From contig OZ024749.1 of assembly GCA_964016885.1 (NCBI GenBank), positions 5,270,001 to 5,334,000 on the forward strand: a stretch of DNA of 64,000 nucleotides, in the 5' to 3' direction. Of this stretch, positions 1 through 17,705 are shown in pieces. A model generated the notes under the pieces. The model worked only from the letters and a program-made list of their open reading frames with translations. It had not been told where the DNA came from and ran no database searches. This stretch comes from Eledone cirrhosa (Eukaryota). The position numbers and the translations under genes are program-made. Position 1 is the stretch's first letter; every line of letters begins with the position of its first letter.

Positions 1-624
1 CAATTATTATCATTATTATAATTATCATTATTATTATTGTTGTTGTTGTTGTTGTGATGATTATTGTCATCGTTTCTTCAAAATGATCATGCGAGTTTCT
101 CCTGCATCACCGATTTCACTTTCAAATTCCCCTTTTTTTACCGTTTATCTTTCTGTTTTTCTTCTTATTCGTCTTCTTTTTTTTCTTTTTCTTTTTCTTT
201 TTCTTTTTCTTTTTCTTTTTCTTTTTCTTTTTCTTCTTCTTCTTACTATTGCTGTTGTTGTTATCTCAATTTGAAAGGGAGAGAGATATATGTTGATAAT
301 ATGTCTGTAACAATGAGGACGATGATCTTTAGGATGATTGCTGTGGTAGGTCTGATAATAATAACAAACAGAGCTGATGACGGCGATGATGATGATGATG
401 ATGGTGGTCATATGAATGACGTACGTGGTAGTGGTGATGATAAATAATATTATGATGAACACGAACATCACCACCATCCCCACCACCACCACAATCGTCG
501 TCGTCGTCGTCATCATCATCATCATCATCATCATTATTATATCTACCTTTTAACAAACTCATTCTCAACAGCAACTGTACATTTAGCAATGTGAACTTCA
601 TCACCATCACGAAAAAAAATAAAA

Positions 625-663
<39 letters not shown>

Positions 664-1030
664 TTGTTCGTCATGATGACGATGAGCTGGGTGATGATCA
701 CAAAGATGCTGATACTCATCATCATCATAATCATAAACAACATCATCATCATCATCGTCGTCATCATTATCCCGATAGTTTCTCCTCATGTTGTCGTTGT
801 TCTCGTTGTAAAAATGGTGGTCGATATTTTAAATTGATTTTGTGTTGATCGTGCATTGATGTTACCGTTATTGTTGTTCAGTTTATTTGCCATCATTTTT
901 TAAACGAACATCAAATAATTTGATCGCCCATTTTTTTTCTCATCTAGAATTTTCTAATTTCTATATGTATATTAAACAAACCTTTGAAGTTGATGAATAG
1001 AATCATTTTATTACATAGAGAGGAAGCCAA

Positions 1031-1098
<68 letters not shown>

Positions 1099-1134
1099 AC
1101 ACACACACACGCACACACACATGCACACACACAT

Positions 1135-1168
<34 letters not shown>

Positions 1169-1631
1169 GCGCACACGCACGAACACACACACTTACGCAC
1201 ATCTTACACACTCGCCCACCTCACATAAAGAATTATCCTGACGTTAAAATTGAATCATAACATTTTAGATACACACACACACAGACAATCTCAGACATTT
1301 ATATATATATAAGTGTACATAATTTTACATGCATCCGCATACACATCTACACGTAGACAAGCTGACACCCACATACACATCTACTGACATACTCCTTTGC
1401 ACATATACAAACACATACACGTATTTAGAGCAAGTGGCTATATTTACATGGCTGTACACATACACATACTCAGAGAGAGATGGATAGATGTAGAGAGGGA
1501 GAGAGAGAGAGTGTATGTATATGTGTGTGAGAGAGAGAGATGGTGAGACAGAGAGGCACAGATAGAGATAGAGAGAAATAGAGAGTGAGAGAGAGACATA
1601 GATAGAGATGGAGAGAGAGATAGAGAGAGAG

Positions 1632-1665
<34 letters not shown>

Positions 1666-2395
1666 TGTGGAGACAGAAATAGAGAGTGAGAGAGAGCCAG
1701 ACAGTGACAGAGAGTCATAAAGAGAGAGAGAGAGAGACATAGAGTGAGATAGAGACATAGAGAGAGTGAGAGAGACATACAGTCCCACACACTTACATGT
1801 AAATACATACATATATACACCCACAAGTTTAGAAACACACACACACACACCAATACATATAAAACATATACACAACCAGGTATACATATATAGTAGGGAA
1901 GGAAGTAGACTATTACTACACTACTAAAAGATATGTGTCTTTGTATAGACGGTTGTATGTGTGTTTGATGATTTATATATAGTGTGTGTGTGTGATTGAG
2001 TGTGAGGGAGAGTGTGTGAGAGAGTGAGAGAGAGAGAGAGTGAGAGAGATACACAACTATATATATTTTACGTACTTATATACATGTGCACATATTTACA
2101 TACATAGAAAAAAATAGTTATAGATGTAATTATATATATATATAATTACATGTGTGTATATATATATATATATGTATGTTGTGTGAGTGTATGTGTATAT
2201 AGAGAGAGATGTTTCTATACATATATATATATATATATATATGCATGTGTGTGTATGTATATATATATGTATGTATATATATATATATGTATGCATATAT
2301 GTGTGTATATGTATATATATATAGAGAGAGAGAGATGTTTCTATACATATATATATATAGATGTTTATATATATAAATATATAGATGTTGATATA

Positions 2396-2437
<42 letters not shown>

Positions 2438-2448
2438 TGTTTATATAT

Positions 2449-2498
<50 letters not shown>

Positions 2499-2512
2499 GG
2501 AGAGAGAGAGAT

Positions 2513-2551
<39 letters not shown>

Positions 2552-2630
2552 TGTTTCAATACATATATATATATATATATATACAGAGAGAGAGAGATGT
2601 TTCTATATATATATATATGTATATATATAA
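1..2630. repeat. Compound microsatellites (ATT, GAT/ATC, CTTTTT, CA, GA, TA)
   Basis: Directly visible. Confidence 0.95.
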
Positions 2631-3146
2631 GTAGAAAAGTGTTCGTCCTCATATGATTTCTTAATGTAAATTTTTATGAAATTAAAACAGCAAAAAGTTT
2701 GTTAATTTAATTTATATTTCTGAACAAACACTCCTTTTGTGAGAAATGGAAAACGTAGGTATAAACAGGGAAGATAATTACAGAAAAGAAACCTATTATA
2801 TACATACATATATACATATATATATATATACATATATACATATATATATATATTTATACATGGCTGCATACATACATACATACATATAAACATACATAAG
2901 GAGAAAGAGGTGTATGTGTAACTGATTATATATATATATGCATATGTAATATATACATAGATATATGTATATACATTTATATGTGTGTATATATATATAT
3001 GTATATATATATTGGTGTTTGTGTGTGTACTTATGTATGTATTTGTATATATGGATATATATATATATATTTATATGTACTTATGCATATATATATATGG
3101 ATATATATATATATATATATATATAATGTATATATGTATATATATA

Positions 3147-3336
3147 TAATTGTTTCTAATTTAGGCACAAGGCCAGCAATACCCAGTGCATTACTGGTAC
3201 TTTATTTTATCGACCCGTAAGGATGAAAGGCAAAGTTAACCCCGGCGGGATTTGAACTCAAACCATAAAGGGGCGTAACTCTTTGCTGCAAAGCATAGCG
3301 TCAGACCCTCTACCGATACTGCCAATCCACCGCCCT
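3147..3336 (-). mobile_element. tRNA-derived SINE, family 1
   Basis: A-box-like ggcagtatcggtagag, B-box gagttcaaatcc, core gcctttcatccttacgggtcgataaaataaagtaccag, tail gccttgtgcc..agaaacaatta. Confidence 0.88.
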
Positions 3337-3872
3337 AATGTATATATATATAATAACTGTATATATATATAATAAATATATATATATATATATAATAAAT
3401 ATATATGTATATATGTATAATAAATATATATATATATATAATAAATATATATATATAATAAATATAATATATAATATATATATATAATATATATATATAT
3501 AATATAACATGTATATATATATAATATATATATAATATATATAAATATATATATAATATATAATATATATATATATATATATATAATATATATATATATA
3601 ATATATATATTATATATAATATATATATATAATTATATAATATATATATATATAAGTATATAATATATATATATATAATTATATAATATATATATATAAT
3701 TATATAATATATATATATATATAATTATATAATATATATATATATATATATAATTATATAATATATATATATATAATTATATAATATATATATATAATAT
3801 ATATAGATATATAATATATATATATAATATATATAGATATATAATATATATATATATATATATATAATATAT

Positions 3873-3917
<45 letters not shown>

Positions 3918-3929
3918 TATATATTATAT

Positions 3930-3970
<41 letters not shown>

Positions 3971-4438
3971 AAATATATATATATATATATAATATATATA
4001 TATATAAAATATATATATATATATATATATAATATATATATATATATAATATATATATATAATATATATATATATATATAATATATATATATATATAATA
4101 TATATATATATAATATATATATATAATATATATTATATAAAATATATATATATATATATGAAATATATATATATATATATAATATATATATATATATCTA
4201 ATATATATAATATATATATATAATATATATATATATCTAATATATATGAAATATATATATATATATATATATAATATATATATATATATCTAATATATAT
4301 TATATATATATATAATATATATATATATATCTAATATATATAATATATATATATAATATATATATATATCTAATATATATAGTATATATATATATATATA
4401 AAATATTTATATATAATATATATATATATATCTAATAG

Positions 4439-4470
<32 letters not shown>

Positions 4471-5063
4471 ATATTTATTAAAATAACAGATTACAGTTTA
4501 AGCAAAGAATCGCTGCTTTCAATATAAATATATATATATAATATATATATATATATAATATATATATATATATAATATATATTATTATGTAATAAACAAC
4601 ATTCAGCAATTATTCCATTTACCAGTGGTTTCTTAAAAGCAAAAGATTTTGCTTTCAATCCTCAGAATGAAAAAATCCTGTCTCTCTCTATATATATATA
4701 TATAAAATATATATATATATGATATATATATATATCTAATAGATATATATATAATATATATATATATATATAAAATATATATATATATAATATATATATA
4801 TATCTAATAGATATATATATAATATATATATATAAAATATATATATATATATAATATATATATCTAATAGATATATATATAATATATATATATATATATA
4901 AAAATATATATATATATATAATATATATATATATCTAATAGATAGATATATAATATATATATATATAGAATATATATATATATATATAATATATAAATAT
5001 ATATATATAATATATATATATATAGAATATATATATATATATAGAATATATATATATATATAG

Positions 5064-5095
<32 letters not shown>

Positions 5096-5329
5096 TAGGG
5101 TTAACATTGATGCAATTCAATTCAAGCACTCAACGTACTTTTTCCACATAGGAGTGACGGAGTAAATATAGAATAAGGAAAAGGGATATATATTATATAT
5201 ACAGGTATATTATATATATATATATATTATTTATATATATATATATTATATATATTATTTATATATATTATTTATATATATATATATTATATATATATAT
5301 ATTATATATATATATATATGTTATATATA

Positions 5330-5637
5330 TTTATTAAAATAACAGATTAAAGTTTAAGCAAAGAATCGCTGCTTTCACCCCTTAACGGGATCTTCTGAAA
5401 CTAACAAAGTCAGTCTGTCAACGCAGAACTGGATATTTCAAAAAACGTTGCAACCGTAGGAAGACAGGAAGACGTTTCCACGAACCAAAGTATCGTCTCC
5501 CTGTCTTCCTCCGGTTGCAACGTTTTTTGAAATATCCAGTTCTGCGTTTACAGATTGACTTTGTTAGTTTCAGAAGATCCCGTTAAGGGTGAAAGCAGCG
5601 ATTCTTTGCTTAAACTTTAATCTGTTATTTTAATAAA
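5330..5637. repeat. Fold-back inverted repeat between (TA)n tracts; family fragments at 4475-4520, 40190-40250, 54105-54190
   Basis: ~140-bp near-perfect arms around a short loop. Confidence 0.9.
5566..5615 (+). ncRNA. Hammerhead-like motif with variant core CAGAAGA; mirrored in the left arm of the 5330-5637 hairpin
   Basis: agttt CAGAAGA t ccc gttaa ggg t GAAA gca gcgattctt tgc TT aaact; all three stems form. Confidence 0.6.
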
Positions 5638-6012
5638 TATATATAATATATATATATATAATAAATATATATATATATAATAAATATATATAATATATAT
5701 ATATATAATATATATATATATAATATATATATATATATAATATATATATATATAATATATATATATATATAATATACATGTACATATAATATATATATAA
5801 TATACATATATATATATATATATATATAATATATAATATATATATATATAATATACATGTATATACATATATATATATATAATATATATATATATATAAT
5901 ATATATATATAATATATATATAATATAGATAATATATATAATATATATATATATAATATATATAATATAGATAATATATATAATATATATATATATAATA
6001 TATATAATATAG

Positions 6013-6051
<39 letters not shown>

Positions 6052-6076
6052 TATATATATAATATATATATTATAG

Positions 6077-6130
<54 letters not shown>

Positions 6131-6135
<5 letters not shown>

Positions 6136-6306
6136 GTTTCTACTTTTGGCACAAGGCCAGCAATTACCCAGTGCATTACTGGTACTTTATTTTATCGACC
6201 CCGTAAGGATGAAAGGCAAAGTCAACCTCGGCAGGATTTGAACTCAGATCGGAAAGGGACGTAACTATGCTGGAAAGCATGGCGTCCGACCCTCTACCGA
6301 TACTGC
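6131..6306 (-). mobile_element. SINE family 1, 5'-truncated
   Basis: Homology to 3147-3336. Confidence 0.85.
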
Positions 6307-6596
6307 ATATATAATATATATATTATAGATAATATATATGTATATATTATATATAATATATATATTATAGATAATATATATATATAATATATATATATAT
6401 AATATATATATAATATATATATAATATATATATTATAGATAATATATATATATATAATATATATATAATATATATTATATATATATAATATGTATATATA
6501 TATATTATAGATAATATACATATATAATAAGAATATATATATAATATATATATATAATATGTATATATATATAATATATATATATATATAATATAT

Positions 6597-6643
<47 letters not shown>

Positions 6644-6781
6644 ATATATATATATATATAATATATAATATATATATATATTATATATATTATATATATA
6701 ATATATATATATATTATATATATAATATATAATATATATAATATATATAATATATAATATATATATATATAATATATGTAT

Positions 6782-6812
<31 letters not shown>

Positions 6813-6900
6813 ATATATGTATTATAAATAATATATATATATATAATATATGTATTATATATAATACATATATTATATATATAAATATATATAATATCAG

Positions 6901-6952
<52 letters not shown>

Positions 6953-7695
6953 ATATATATATATATATTATATATATTACATATATTATATAGATATATA
7001 TTATATATAATATATATAATATATGTATTATATATAATATATATACATAATATATGTATTATATATAATATATATATATAATATATGTATTATATATAAT
7101 ATATATATATATAATATATATATATCATATATATATAAAATATATATATGTATATATATCGAAAGCGTCACAACCTTCTTATTGTGTCGGATCATTCTTG
7201 ATTGCTAACATGTAACCCAGTATATGTAACCCAGTAGTACCTGTAGCATGGTCGGGTCGTAGGCGACTAAACCGGCAACCCCACTAATTTTACTTGGTGA
7301 GGAGGGTTATTTTGGACCCCCTGCAGGACAAAAACAAAACCTGACAAAGGGCGGAATAACTCATAAGAGGCAACGGCCATCCAAAACTGTGTAAATATGT
7401 ATATACACATGTACCGGGCGGTGAAAAACCCATACCATTTGTCAGGGCATACTCGGGACACTGAGATAACTCCGATTTAAAACCTGCGGCTCAGTAGTTA
7501 CCGATGATGTTGATCTTTTCTTCTTTTCGGGTTATAGTTACTGTCACTCTGAGAGTGGGATTGGCTCAGTGCACAGTCTTCCCTCACTTCAAAAAATGTC
7601 TTCACGTACAGGCATTACACGATAGAATTAATTAATAATTACTAATAATGGTATATCGTGCAATGGCCATACTCGATAGCGAGGGGGCAGCCATC

Positions 7696-7759
<64 letters not shown>

Positions 7760-7800
7760 CTGTATATATATATGTATGTATGTATACATGTATATATATA

Positions 7801-8247
7801 AAGGGCAAAGGAGCTTTTAAGAGTCAATGGCCATCCAAAATCACCGGGAGAGATGACCCCTTAACCTTTGTCAAGGCAGAATTCTAGCAGAAGGAAAACT
7901 CTGATATAACACCTGAAATCCTGTCCAATTATGTTGACTAGTTCTTCTTTTTGGTAAATATCATCTTGGTTAAGAGAGTGGGACTGCTTTGCGCAGTGCC
8001 TTTGCTCACTATAAAAGCTTCACGGCACAGGAATTGCTTTATATCTGGAGATCTCTCTGTACTTGTCGTCACATGGTACCATGGGCCCAGCACTGTGGTC
8101 AATAATTGTCACAAATGTAGTGTTTGTACCAGAATTTTCAAGTCGCTGGCTGGAGTGAATTGTCACACTCCTTCAGCGCATCGGTAGGAGTTCTCCTACA
8201 TAGATATGAAATAGTGGCCGTACTCGATAACGAGTTGGCAGCCACCA
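7801..8247 (+). mobile_element. Non-autonomous RTE-like derivative
   Basis: Homologous to 23267-23724 (-) and 42940-43391 (+). 3' part encodes CSVCTRIFKSLAG..H, resembling the RTE C-terminal finger; ends ..gcagccacca. Confidence 0.65.
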
Positions 8248-8666
8248 TATATATATATAAACTAATATAATTCCTCCATGCAATGTGCGGTTTGTTTTGT
8301 TATTTTTGCTATTACTCTTACGCACGCACGCACGCACGCACGCATGTATATGTATATATATATGTATATATATATGATTATATATGTATATATATGTATA
8401 TATATATGTATATATATGTATATATATATATATGTATTGTATATGTATATATATGTATATATATGTATATCTATATGTACATATATATGTATATATATAT
8501 GTATATATATATGTATATATATATGTATATATATATATGTATATATATATGTATGTATATATATATGTATATATATATGTATATATATAGTATATATATA
8601 TGTATATATATATGTATATATATATGTATATATATATGTATATATATATATGTATATATATATATG

Positions 8667-8734
<68 letters not shown>

Positions 8735-9010
8735 CTATATATGTATATATATATATGTATATATATATATATGTATATATATGTATATATATGTATATAT
8801 ATATGTATATATATGTATATATATATATATATGTATGTATATGTATATATATGTATATATATGTATATATATATGTACATATATATGTATATATATATGT
8901 ATATATATATGTATATATATATGTATATATATATGTATGTCTATATATATGTATATATATATGTATATATATATGTATATATATATGTATATATATGTAT
9001 ATTATATATG

Positions 9011-9041
<31 letters not shown>

Positions 9042-9042
9042 G

Positions 9043-9201
<159 letters not shown>

Positions 9202-9213
9202 TATATATATATA

Positions 9214-9332
<119 letters not shown>

Positions 9333-9341
9333 TGTATAATG

Positions 9342-9374
<33 letters not shown>

Positions 9375-9553
9375 GTATATATATATATATGTATATATAT
9401 ATATGTATATATATATATATGTATATATATATATGTATATATATATATATGTATATATATATAAATATATATATGTATATATATGTATATATATATATGT
9501 ATATATAAATATATATATGTATATATATGTATATATATATATGTATATATATG

Positions 9554-9609
<56 letters not shown>

Positions 9610-9635
9610 AATATATATATGTATATATATGTATA

Positions 9636-9671
<36 letters not shown>

Positions 9672-9672
9672 A

Positions 9673-9703
<31 letters not shown>

Positions 9704-9743
9704 AATATATATATATGTATATATATATATAAATATATATATG

Positions 9744-9795
<52 letters not shown>

Positions 9796-9796
9796 A

Positions 9797-9827
<31 letters not shown>

Positions 9828-9839
9828 AATATATATATG

Positions 9840-9891
<52 letters not shown>

Positions 9892-10027
9892 AATATATAT
9901 ATGTATATAAATATATATATGTATATATATATAAATATATATATGTATATAAATATATATATGTATATAAATATATATATGTATATAAATATATATATGT
10001 ATATATATATATATATGTATATATATG

Positions 10028-10062
<35 letters not shown>

Positions 10063-10086
10063 GTATATATGTATCTATCTATCTAT

Positions 10087-10258
10087 CTAAGGCGGGAAAA
10101 ATTCCCGAGATCCATGGACGAGTTCTCTCCAGCGGTCTCTGTCCCTCATTATCGCTGCCATATCCTGCATCTCCAACAGACCAGTGTCTGTCCTTAGGGC
10201 ATCAACATACGTTAACCTTGGTCTTCCTCTTCTAGTGTGTCCATGTAGGGGCTCCCAT
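10087..10258 (-). mobile_element. RTE-clade LINE 3' fragment
   Basis: [34 protein letters not shown], a typical RTE C-terminus, followed by (TAGA)n. Confidence 0.75.
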
Positions 10259-10334
10259 GTATATATATATATGTATATTATATGTATATATATATATATA
10301 TATGTATATATCTGTATATATTTATATATGTATA

Positions 10335-10375
<41 letters not shown>

Positions 10376-10384
10376 GTATATATA

Positions 10385-10453
<69 letters not shown>

Positions 10454-10457
<4 letters not shown>

Positions 10458-11122
10458 TAATATGTAAGTGATGAAACACAGATACCAACACATCTGTATA
10501 TATATTGCAAAAGAAAAATTTAGCCAGATTGAAGTATAGTAATTATTATGCTACAGTTTGTCCATATCGATTTAAAATAATAAATCAACGGAGACGAACT
10601 GCATTGCCAAAAGGCCGTGATGTTTAGACACATTTAAATTTCAAAATCAAACCTGTTCCGTAGATAAGCTTAGACTTTAAGATCCAAATATGTTTCGAGT
10701 TGAATAAGTGTAGGAATATCATGTGCCGCTCTGCTCAGTAAACATCCAGAGACAAATTGATATGCTTCACTTCTAAATAATTTAAAAGACTGCGTGACGC
10801 ACATGGCTTTACAGTATCTAACTAGTCTCATAACCGTACTGCTAGAAATAACAGTCGTATATATGAGGCGGCTTGCAGCTCAAACTAGGAGCAGTTAAAA
10901 TTAATAAGGTAATGAATTCTTTTACAATGGAATCAGCTCGAATGAGGAAAAATATCCCCTGAGCAGTGTATAAATTAATATTAATTAACATGTAAGTGAT
11001 GAAACACAGATACCAACACATCTGTATATATATACAGATGTGTTGGTATCTGTGTTTCATCACTTACATATTAATTTATACACTGCTCAGGGGATATTTT
11101 TCCTCATTCGAGCTGATTCCAT
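10454..11122. repeat. Partial tandem (~530-bp period) plus inverted repeat 10926-11122, between (TA)n tracts
   Basis: 10454-10500 recurs at ~10972-11030; palindrome centred on TATATATATA at 11025-11034. Confidence 0.85.
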
Positions 11123-11323
<201 letters not shown>

Positions 11324-11324
11324 G

Positions 11325-11519
<195 letters not shown>

Positions 11520-11562
11520 GTATATATATATATGTATATATATATATGTATATATATATATG

Positions 11563-11629
<67 letters not shown>

Positions 11630-11670
11630 GTATATATATATATGTATATATATGTATATATATATATATG

Positions 11671-11717
<47 letters not shown>

Positions 11718-11730
11718 GTATATATATATG

Positions 11731-11763
<33 letters not shown>

Positions 11764-11764
11764 G

Positions 11765-11795
<31 letters not shown>

Positions 11796-11816
11796 GTGTA
11801 TATATATATATGTATG

Positions 11817-11847
<31 letters not shown>

Positions 11848-11848
11848 G

Positions 11849-11945
<97 letters not shown>

Positions 11946-12200
11946 GTATATATATATGTATATATATATATGTATATATATATGTATATATATATATGTA
12001 TATATATATGTATATATATATATGTATATATATATGTATATATATATATATGTATATATATATATGTATATATATATGTATATATATATATGTATATATA
12101 TATATGTATATATATATGTATATATATATATATGTATATATATATATGTATATATGTATATATGTATATGTATATATGTATATATATATGTATATATGTA

Positions 12201-12275
<75 letters not shown>

Positions 12276-12290
12276 GTATATATGTATATG

Positions 12291-12357
<67 letters not shown>

Positions 12358-12398
12358 GTATATATGTATATGTATATATATATATATGTATATATATG

Positions 12399-12689
<291 letters not shown>

Positions 12690-12764
12690 GTATATATGTA
12701 TATATATATGTATATATATATATATGTATATATATATATGTATATATATATGTATATATATATG

Positions 12765-12795
<31 letters not shown>

Positions 12796-14417
12796 GTATA
12801 TATATATGTATATATATATGTATATATATATATATGTATATATATATATGTATATATATATATATGTATATATGTATATATATATGTATATATATATATA
12901 TGTATATATATATATGTATATATATATGTATATATACATATATGTATATATATATATGTATATATATATATATGTATATATATTTATATATATATGTATG
13001 TATATATATATATATATGTATATATATAGATGATAAAAAACACAAGAGCGTCTACAACATACATCGTTATCATACATACATACACACACATACATGTATA
13101 TATACACACACACAAACACACACACACACACATATATATTTATATATAAAACGGGGGTAGAACAAAGTCTAATTAGTTTGACGCTTTATATGTAAAAGAG
13201 GAAAGGAAGTTCAACATATCGGTCTCTAGCCCTTTTTCAGGAGTACAAGATTAGAGACAAGACCACAATGGATAGATATGTGTGTGTGTTTATGTATGTA
13301 TGTGTTCATGTATGTATGTATGTGTTATGTATCTCTCTGTATATTTGCATATTTATGCATACGCCTATACATTTCTGTGTGTGTATTTATAAATGTTGGC
13401 ACCTATCTCAGATGTAATAACCCCCACAGTTATTAGATATTGTTGCTCTACACTACACTTATACCTCAGTGACTATACATTTGAAAATCAAGATAAAATA
13501 CGTGAAGTCAGCTCCATCCTCTACCACCAGCCTGGAAAATATTAAAATATACAACTTTAATATTTCTTATGAATTGGAAAAATGAAATTAAGGGAACTAA
13601 TCTTCAGATTAGACAAGGAAACATGACTTCCGTGGGTCATTCCGTTGCTGATACTATCTACCACTCGCAAATCCAGGCACGAGCAAACCTGGAGTAAATC
13701 GTTTTCCTCCAGAAAACAACACATCAGACAGTACACGAAACAAACCTGTGATGTTATGAAACTTCCCCCAACGCTCTAAGGACTGCCCAATTATATTAAT
13801 CTACAATTTTTTCGAGATACTTGCCGACATTTCACATACATTTTACTGCTCCATACAAATATTGTAAAATGCAATTACATTTATATGGTTACCCTGGGAT
13901 TGCTAACTACTATTTGTCATCGAAAGTCATCACAAAATAACCTTAGCTGAATTTAAAATGCAGAGACATGAGACGCTCAATTTGAATGGAAAATGTTCAG
14001 TCCTAAAAGATAGTATCCAGAGCAGATTTAAAACCCGCGAACTTAACTGTAAAAACGAAGGTTGGCATAACTGTAAATACGTTTAAATATGGTTACAAAC
14101 AACACAAATGTAATTTCACTTATAATTTTACTTCCCTATCAAAATATATTTGGTTAGTGAGAGACACATAAGAAATCAATGCTATGATATCTTTACAATT
14201 GTGAACGATTTCAACGTTCATGGGTGTAATTGTCGCAAATGAGGGATTGAAACAATGAAAATGTTGTACGCTATCTGTTGTATTATTGCCAGAAGAAAGG
14301 AACACTACACGTTAAACCGGGTAAAGAAATACAAAGCACAAAATTGGAATATATTCCCGTACAACTGGATTTTAAACTAATCTCGTTGAAGTTACAGACG
14401 ATACGTTATAATAAATA

Positions 14418-14607
14418 TAATTGTTTCTACTTTAGGCACAAGGCCAGCAACTAACCAGTGCATTACTGGTACTTTATTTTATCGACCCCGTATGGATGAA
14501 AGGCAAAGTCAACCTCGGCAGGATTTGAACTCAGATCGTAAAGGGACGTAACTATGCTGGAAAGCATGGCGTCCGACCCTCTACCGATACTGCCAATTCA
14601 CCGCCCT
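14418..14607 (-). mobile_element. SINE family 1, full length
   Basis: Homology; flanking aaatataat duplication. Confidence 0.88.
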
Positions 14608-14744
14608 AAATATAATGATAGAAGTAATGATAATGTGATGAAGTGTTATCACCACCATGGTTCGTTATCATATACACCTATCTACATACTAATTCTCAGC
14701 AGCAGCAGCAGCACGTAAACATCATCATAATCTACAAATAATAA

Positions 14745-15081
14745 TAATTGTTTCTACCTTTGGCACAAGGCCAGCAATTATCCAGTACATTACTGGTACT
14801 TTATTTTATCGACCCCGCAAGGATGAAAGGCAAAAATTAACCTCGGCGGGATTTGAGCTCAGATCGTAAAGAGCCGTTACTCTATGCCGCAAAGCATAAT
14901 AATGATTTCTAGTATAGGCACAAGGCCAGTAATTTGGGGGGGGGGAGGAAAAGTCGATTAAATCGACCCCAGTACGTTGCTGGTGCTTTATTTTATTGAC
15001 CACGTAAGGATGAAAAGCAAAGTTAGTCTCAGCGGGGCTTGAACTCAGAACATAAAGGGCCGTAACTCGATGCTGCAAAGC
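14745..15081 (-). mobile_element. Two tandem truncated SINE family 1 copies
   Basis: Homology; both end at ..gcaaagcat. Confidence 0.82.
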
Positions 15082-15529
15082 ATAATAATGATTTCTAATT
15101 TAAACGCAACGCTGAAAATTTGACGAAAATAAAAGTCCACTAAATCAACTCCAGTTATTGATTGATACTTCATTAATCGATCTCAGCACCAGCAAGAAGA
15201 AGAAGTAAAACTCTTCTTGTTAGATTGTACTTAAATATCTTTCAATGATACCTCTGCAAGACGGGCACTGACCTAGGGTTGTACACAACAACAATGAGAA
15301 ACATTAATGTCTCTGTAACCAACACACTTTCTCGCCCTCTCTCCCTCGCTATGTTTCTCTCCCTGTCTATGCCTCTCTTTCTATCTCTCTATCTCTCTAT
15401 CTCTCTTTCTCTCTTTCTCTGTAACTCTCTCCTCCTCTCGCTCCATTTCTTTTTTCTCGTTCTCTCTTTTTCTCTGTGTCTCTCCCCCTACTCTCTCCCT
15501 CTCTCTCTCGCTCTCTCTCTCTATCTCGC

Positions 15530-15575
<46 letters not shown>

Positions 15576-16423
15576 TCTCTCTCTCTCTCCCTCTCTCTCG
15601 TTATATTCTCATATACTTCTAGATGTACATTATATAGAAAACATTGGATAATCTTCCGTCCCAAACCTTTGATAATGTCTCACCATAATTAGAATTGCCG
15701 ATACATAATGCCATGTCGCGTCTATATTCTGCGTTCTGTGTTCAAATCCTGTCGTAGTTAGCCCTTTGTCTCTCATTCTTTTGGGGCGACAAAATGAAGT
15801 GCATTCCAGGTGGGGTATATAGAAGGCGGATATTATTTGAGTGGTTCCTTTAGATGTTGGGTTGAAATGCGGACGAAGACTACTTATGCGATTGTTTAAA
15901 CCCAGCGTCTAGTTTAACACCATCAACTGGTCCTTCTTTGTCTAAACCGTCACAAAAATGTGTCTAAACACGTTACTTAGTTTTGATGACATTTAATACA
16001 TCCTTATACATCCTTAGTCCAATTTGTCTGCAGTCTTCTGGCCAGATCTCCGGTTTGAGTCTACAGTACAACGTATATGAACTCTAAAACCTCCCAGAAG
16101 CTCTTCAGTTTGGGAGGCTCTTAAATACGGATTGATTCTGCAACACATGACTCCGATTAAAGAGTTAAAAGAAATAGAACACCAAAACAAATACTAACAA
16201 CAGGAAAACAATACAGCAATAAAAAACATGAACATTGACAGCGAAAACAAAATATTATACAAACACACATATATATGTGTGTTTGTATAAATGTATATGT
16301 ATAAATATAAATATATATATATATATATGTACATGTATGTACTGATATATATATATGTACAGATATATATATGTATAAATATATATATATGTATATATAT
16401 ATGTATAAATATGTATATGTATG

Positions 16424-16479
<56 letters not shown>

Positions 16480-16975
16480 CTGTACAGGGGAAGGGCGTTA
16501 AACAACACGACGCTGATAACAGTTACACTATATTTACCAAACATGTTTTTGAACATATTTTGATTAAAAAGATATATGTATTTGTGGAGAAATGGAAATA
16601 TAGTTCTGAAATTCAATTTATGTAGCAGCTAGCCTTCATGTCAAGGAAATATGCGATGGAAATACTAGCAACTTGTCTGATTTATGGTTTAAAAATTCAA
16701 CGAAGTTTGTTTGGTACTGAATCAAAATGAAGGTTAAAAGAACAGTGACTACGTACATATCTAATTTCAAACTTCTTGTAATTTTGTGCACAGTACAAAA
16801 GGTCAGCAATATAAATGAGCATACTTGAAAAATAAGTGTGTGTATATGTGTGGGGGGGGGGGGGGCTAGTGCTAGGCATGTGTGGTGTGTATGTGTGTAC
16901 GTATGTGTCTGCTTGTATTGGTCATGGGTGTGTGTATGTGTGTTCTTGTGTAATAGCATACGCACACACACACAC

Positions 16976-17028
<53 letters not shown>

Positions 17029-17111
17029 ATATATTCTTATATCTGATACGATATGTAATGTATGCATACACAAGCATATAGAAATATGTGTGTGTGTATA
17101 TGTGTGCGCAT

Positions 17112-17158
<47 letters not shown>

Positions 17159-17705
17159 ATATATATCTAGATATATATATATATTCAAATATATATAAAC
17201 ATACACACATATATATATATATATTATATATATATAAATATATTCAAATATATATAAACATACATATTTAAACATGTAAATATGCATATATATATATATA
17301 TGTTTATATTTATATATAATATAATATGTGTGTGTGTGTATGTATGATTATATATATGTATGTATGTTTATTTATATGTATGTATGTTTATATATATATA
17401 TATGTATGTATGTTTTTATATATATATATATATATATACATAATATATTCCTTTTGATTTGATTAGGCGTAAGGCCAGATATTTGTTATATTGTGTATAT
17501 GAGAAAGAAGACAAAACGGCGGAACTTGAACACACAATCGACACTAAAGTATAGAGTGTAAATCATAGAAGTCAATAATGGTTCGTTAGCAGAAACATTA
17601 CAGAAATACACAGTCCATTATCTAGATATAAATCTCTCTCTCTCTCTCGCTCTCTCTCTATTATATATATATATATATATATATATATCTATATATATAT
17701 ATATA

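Larger units (their letters stand above)
3337..7160. repeat. (TA)n-derived tract with embedded inserts
   Basis: Directly visible. Confidence 0.95.
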
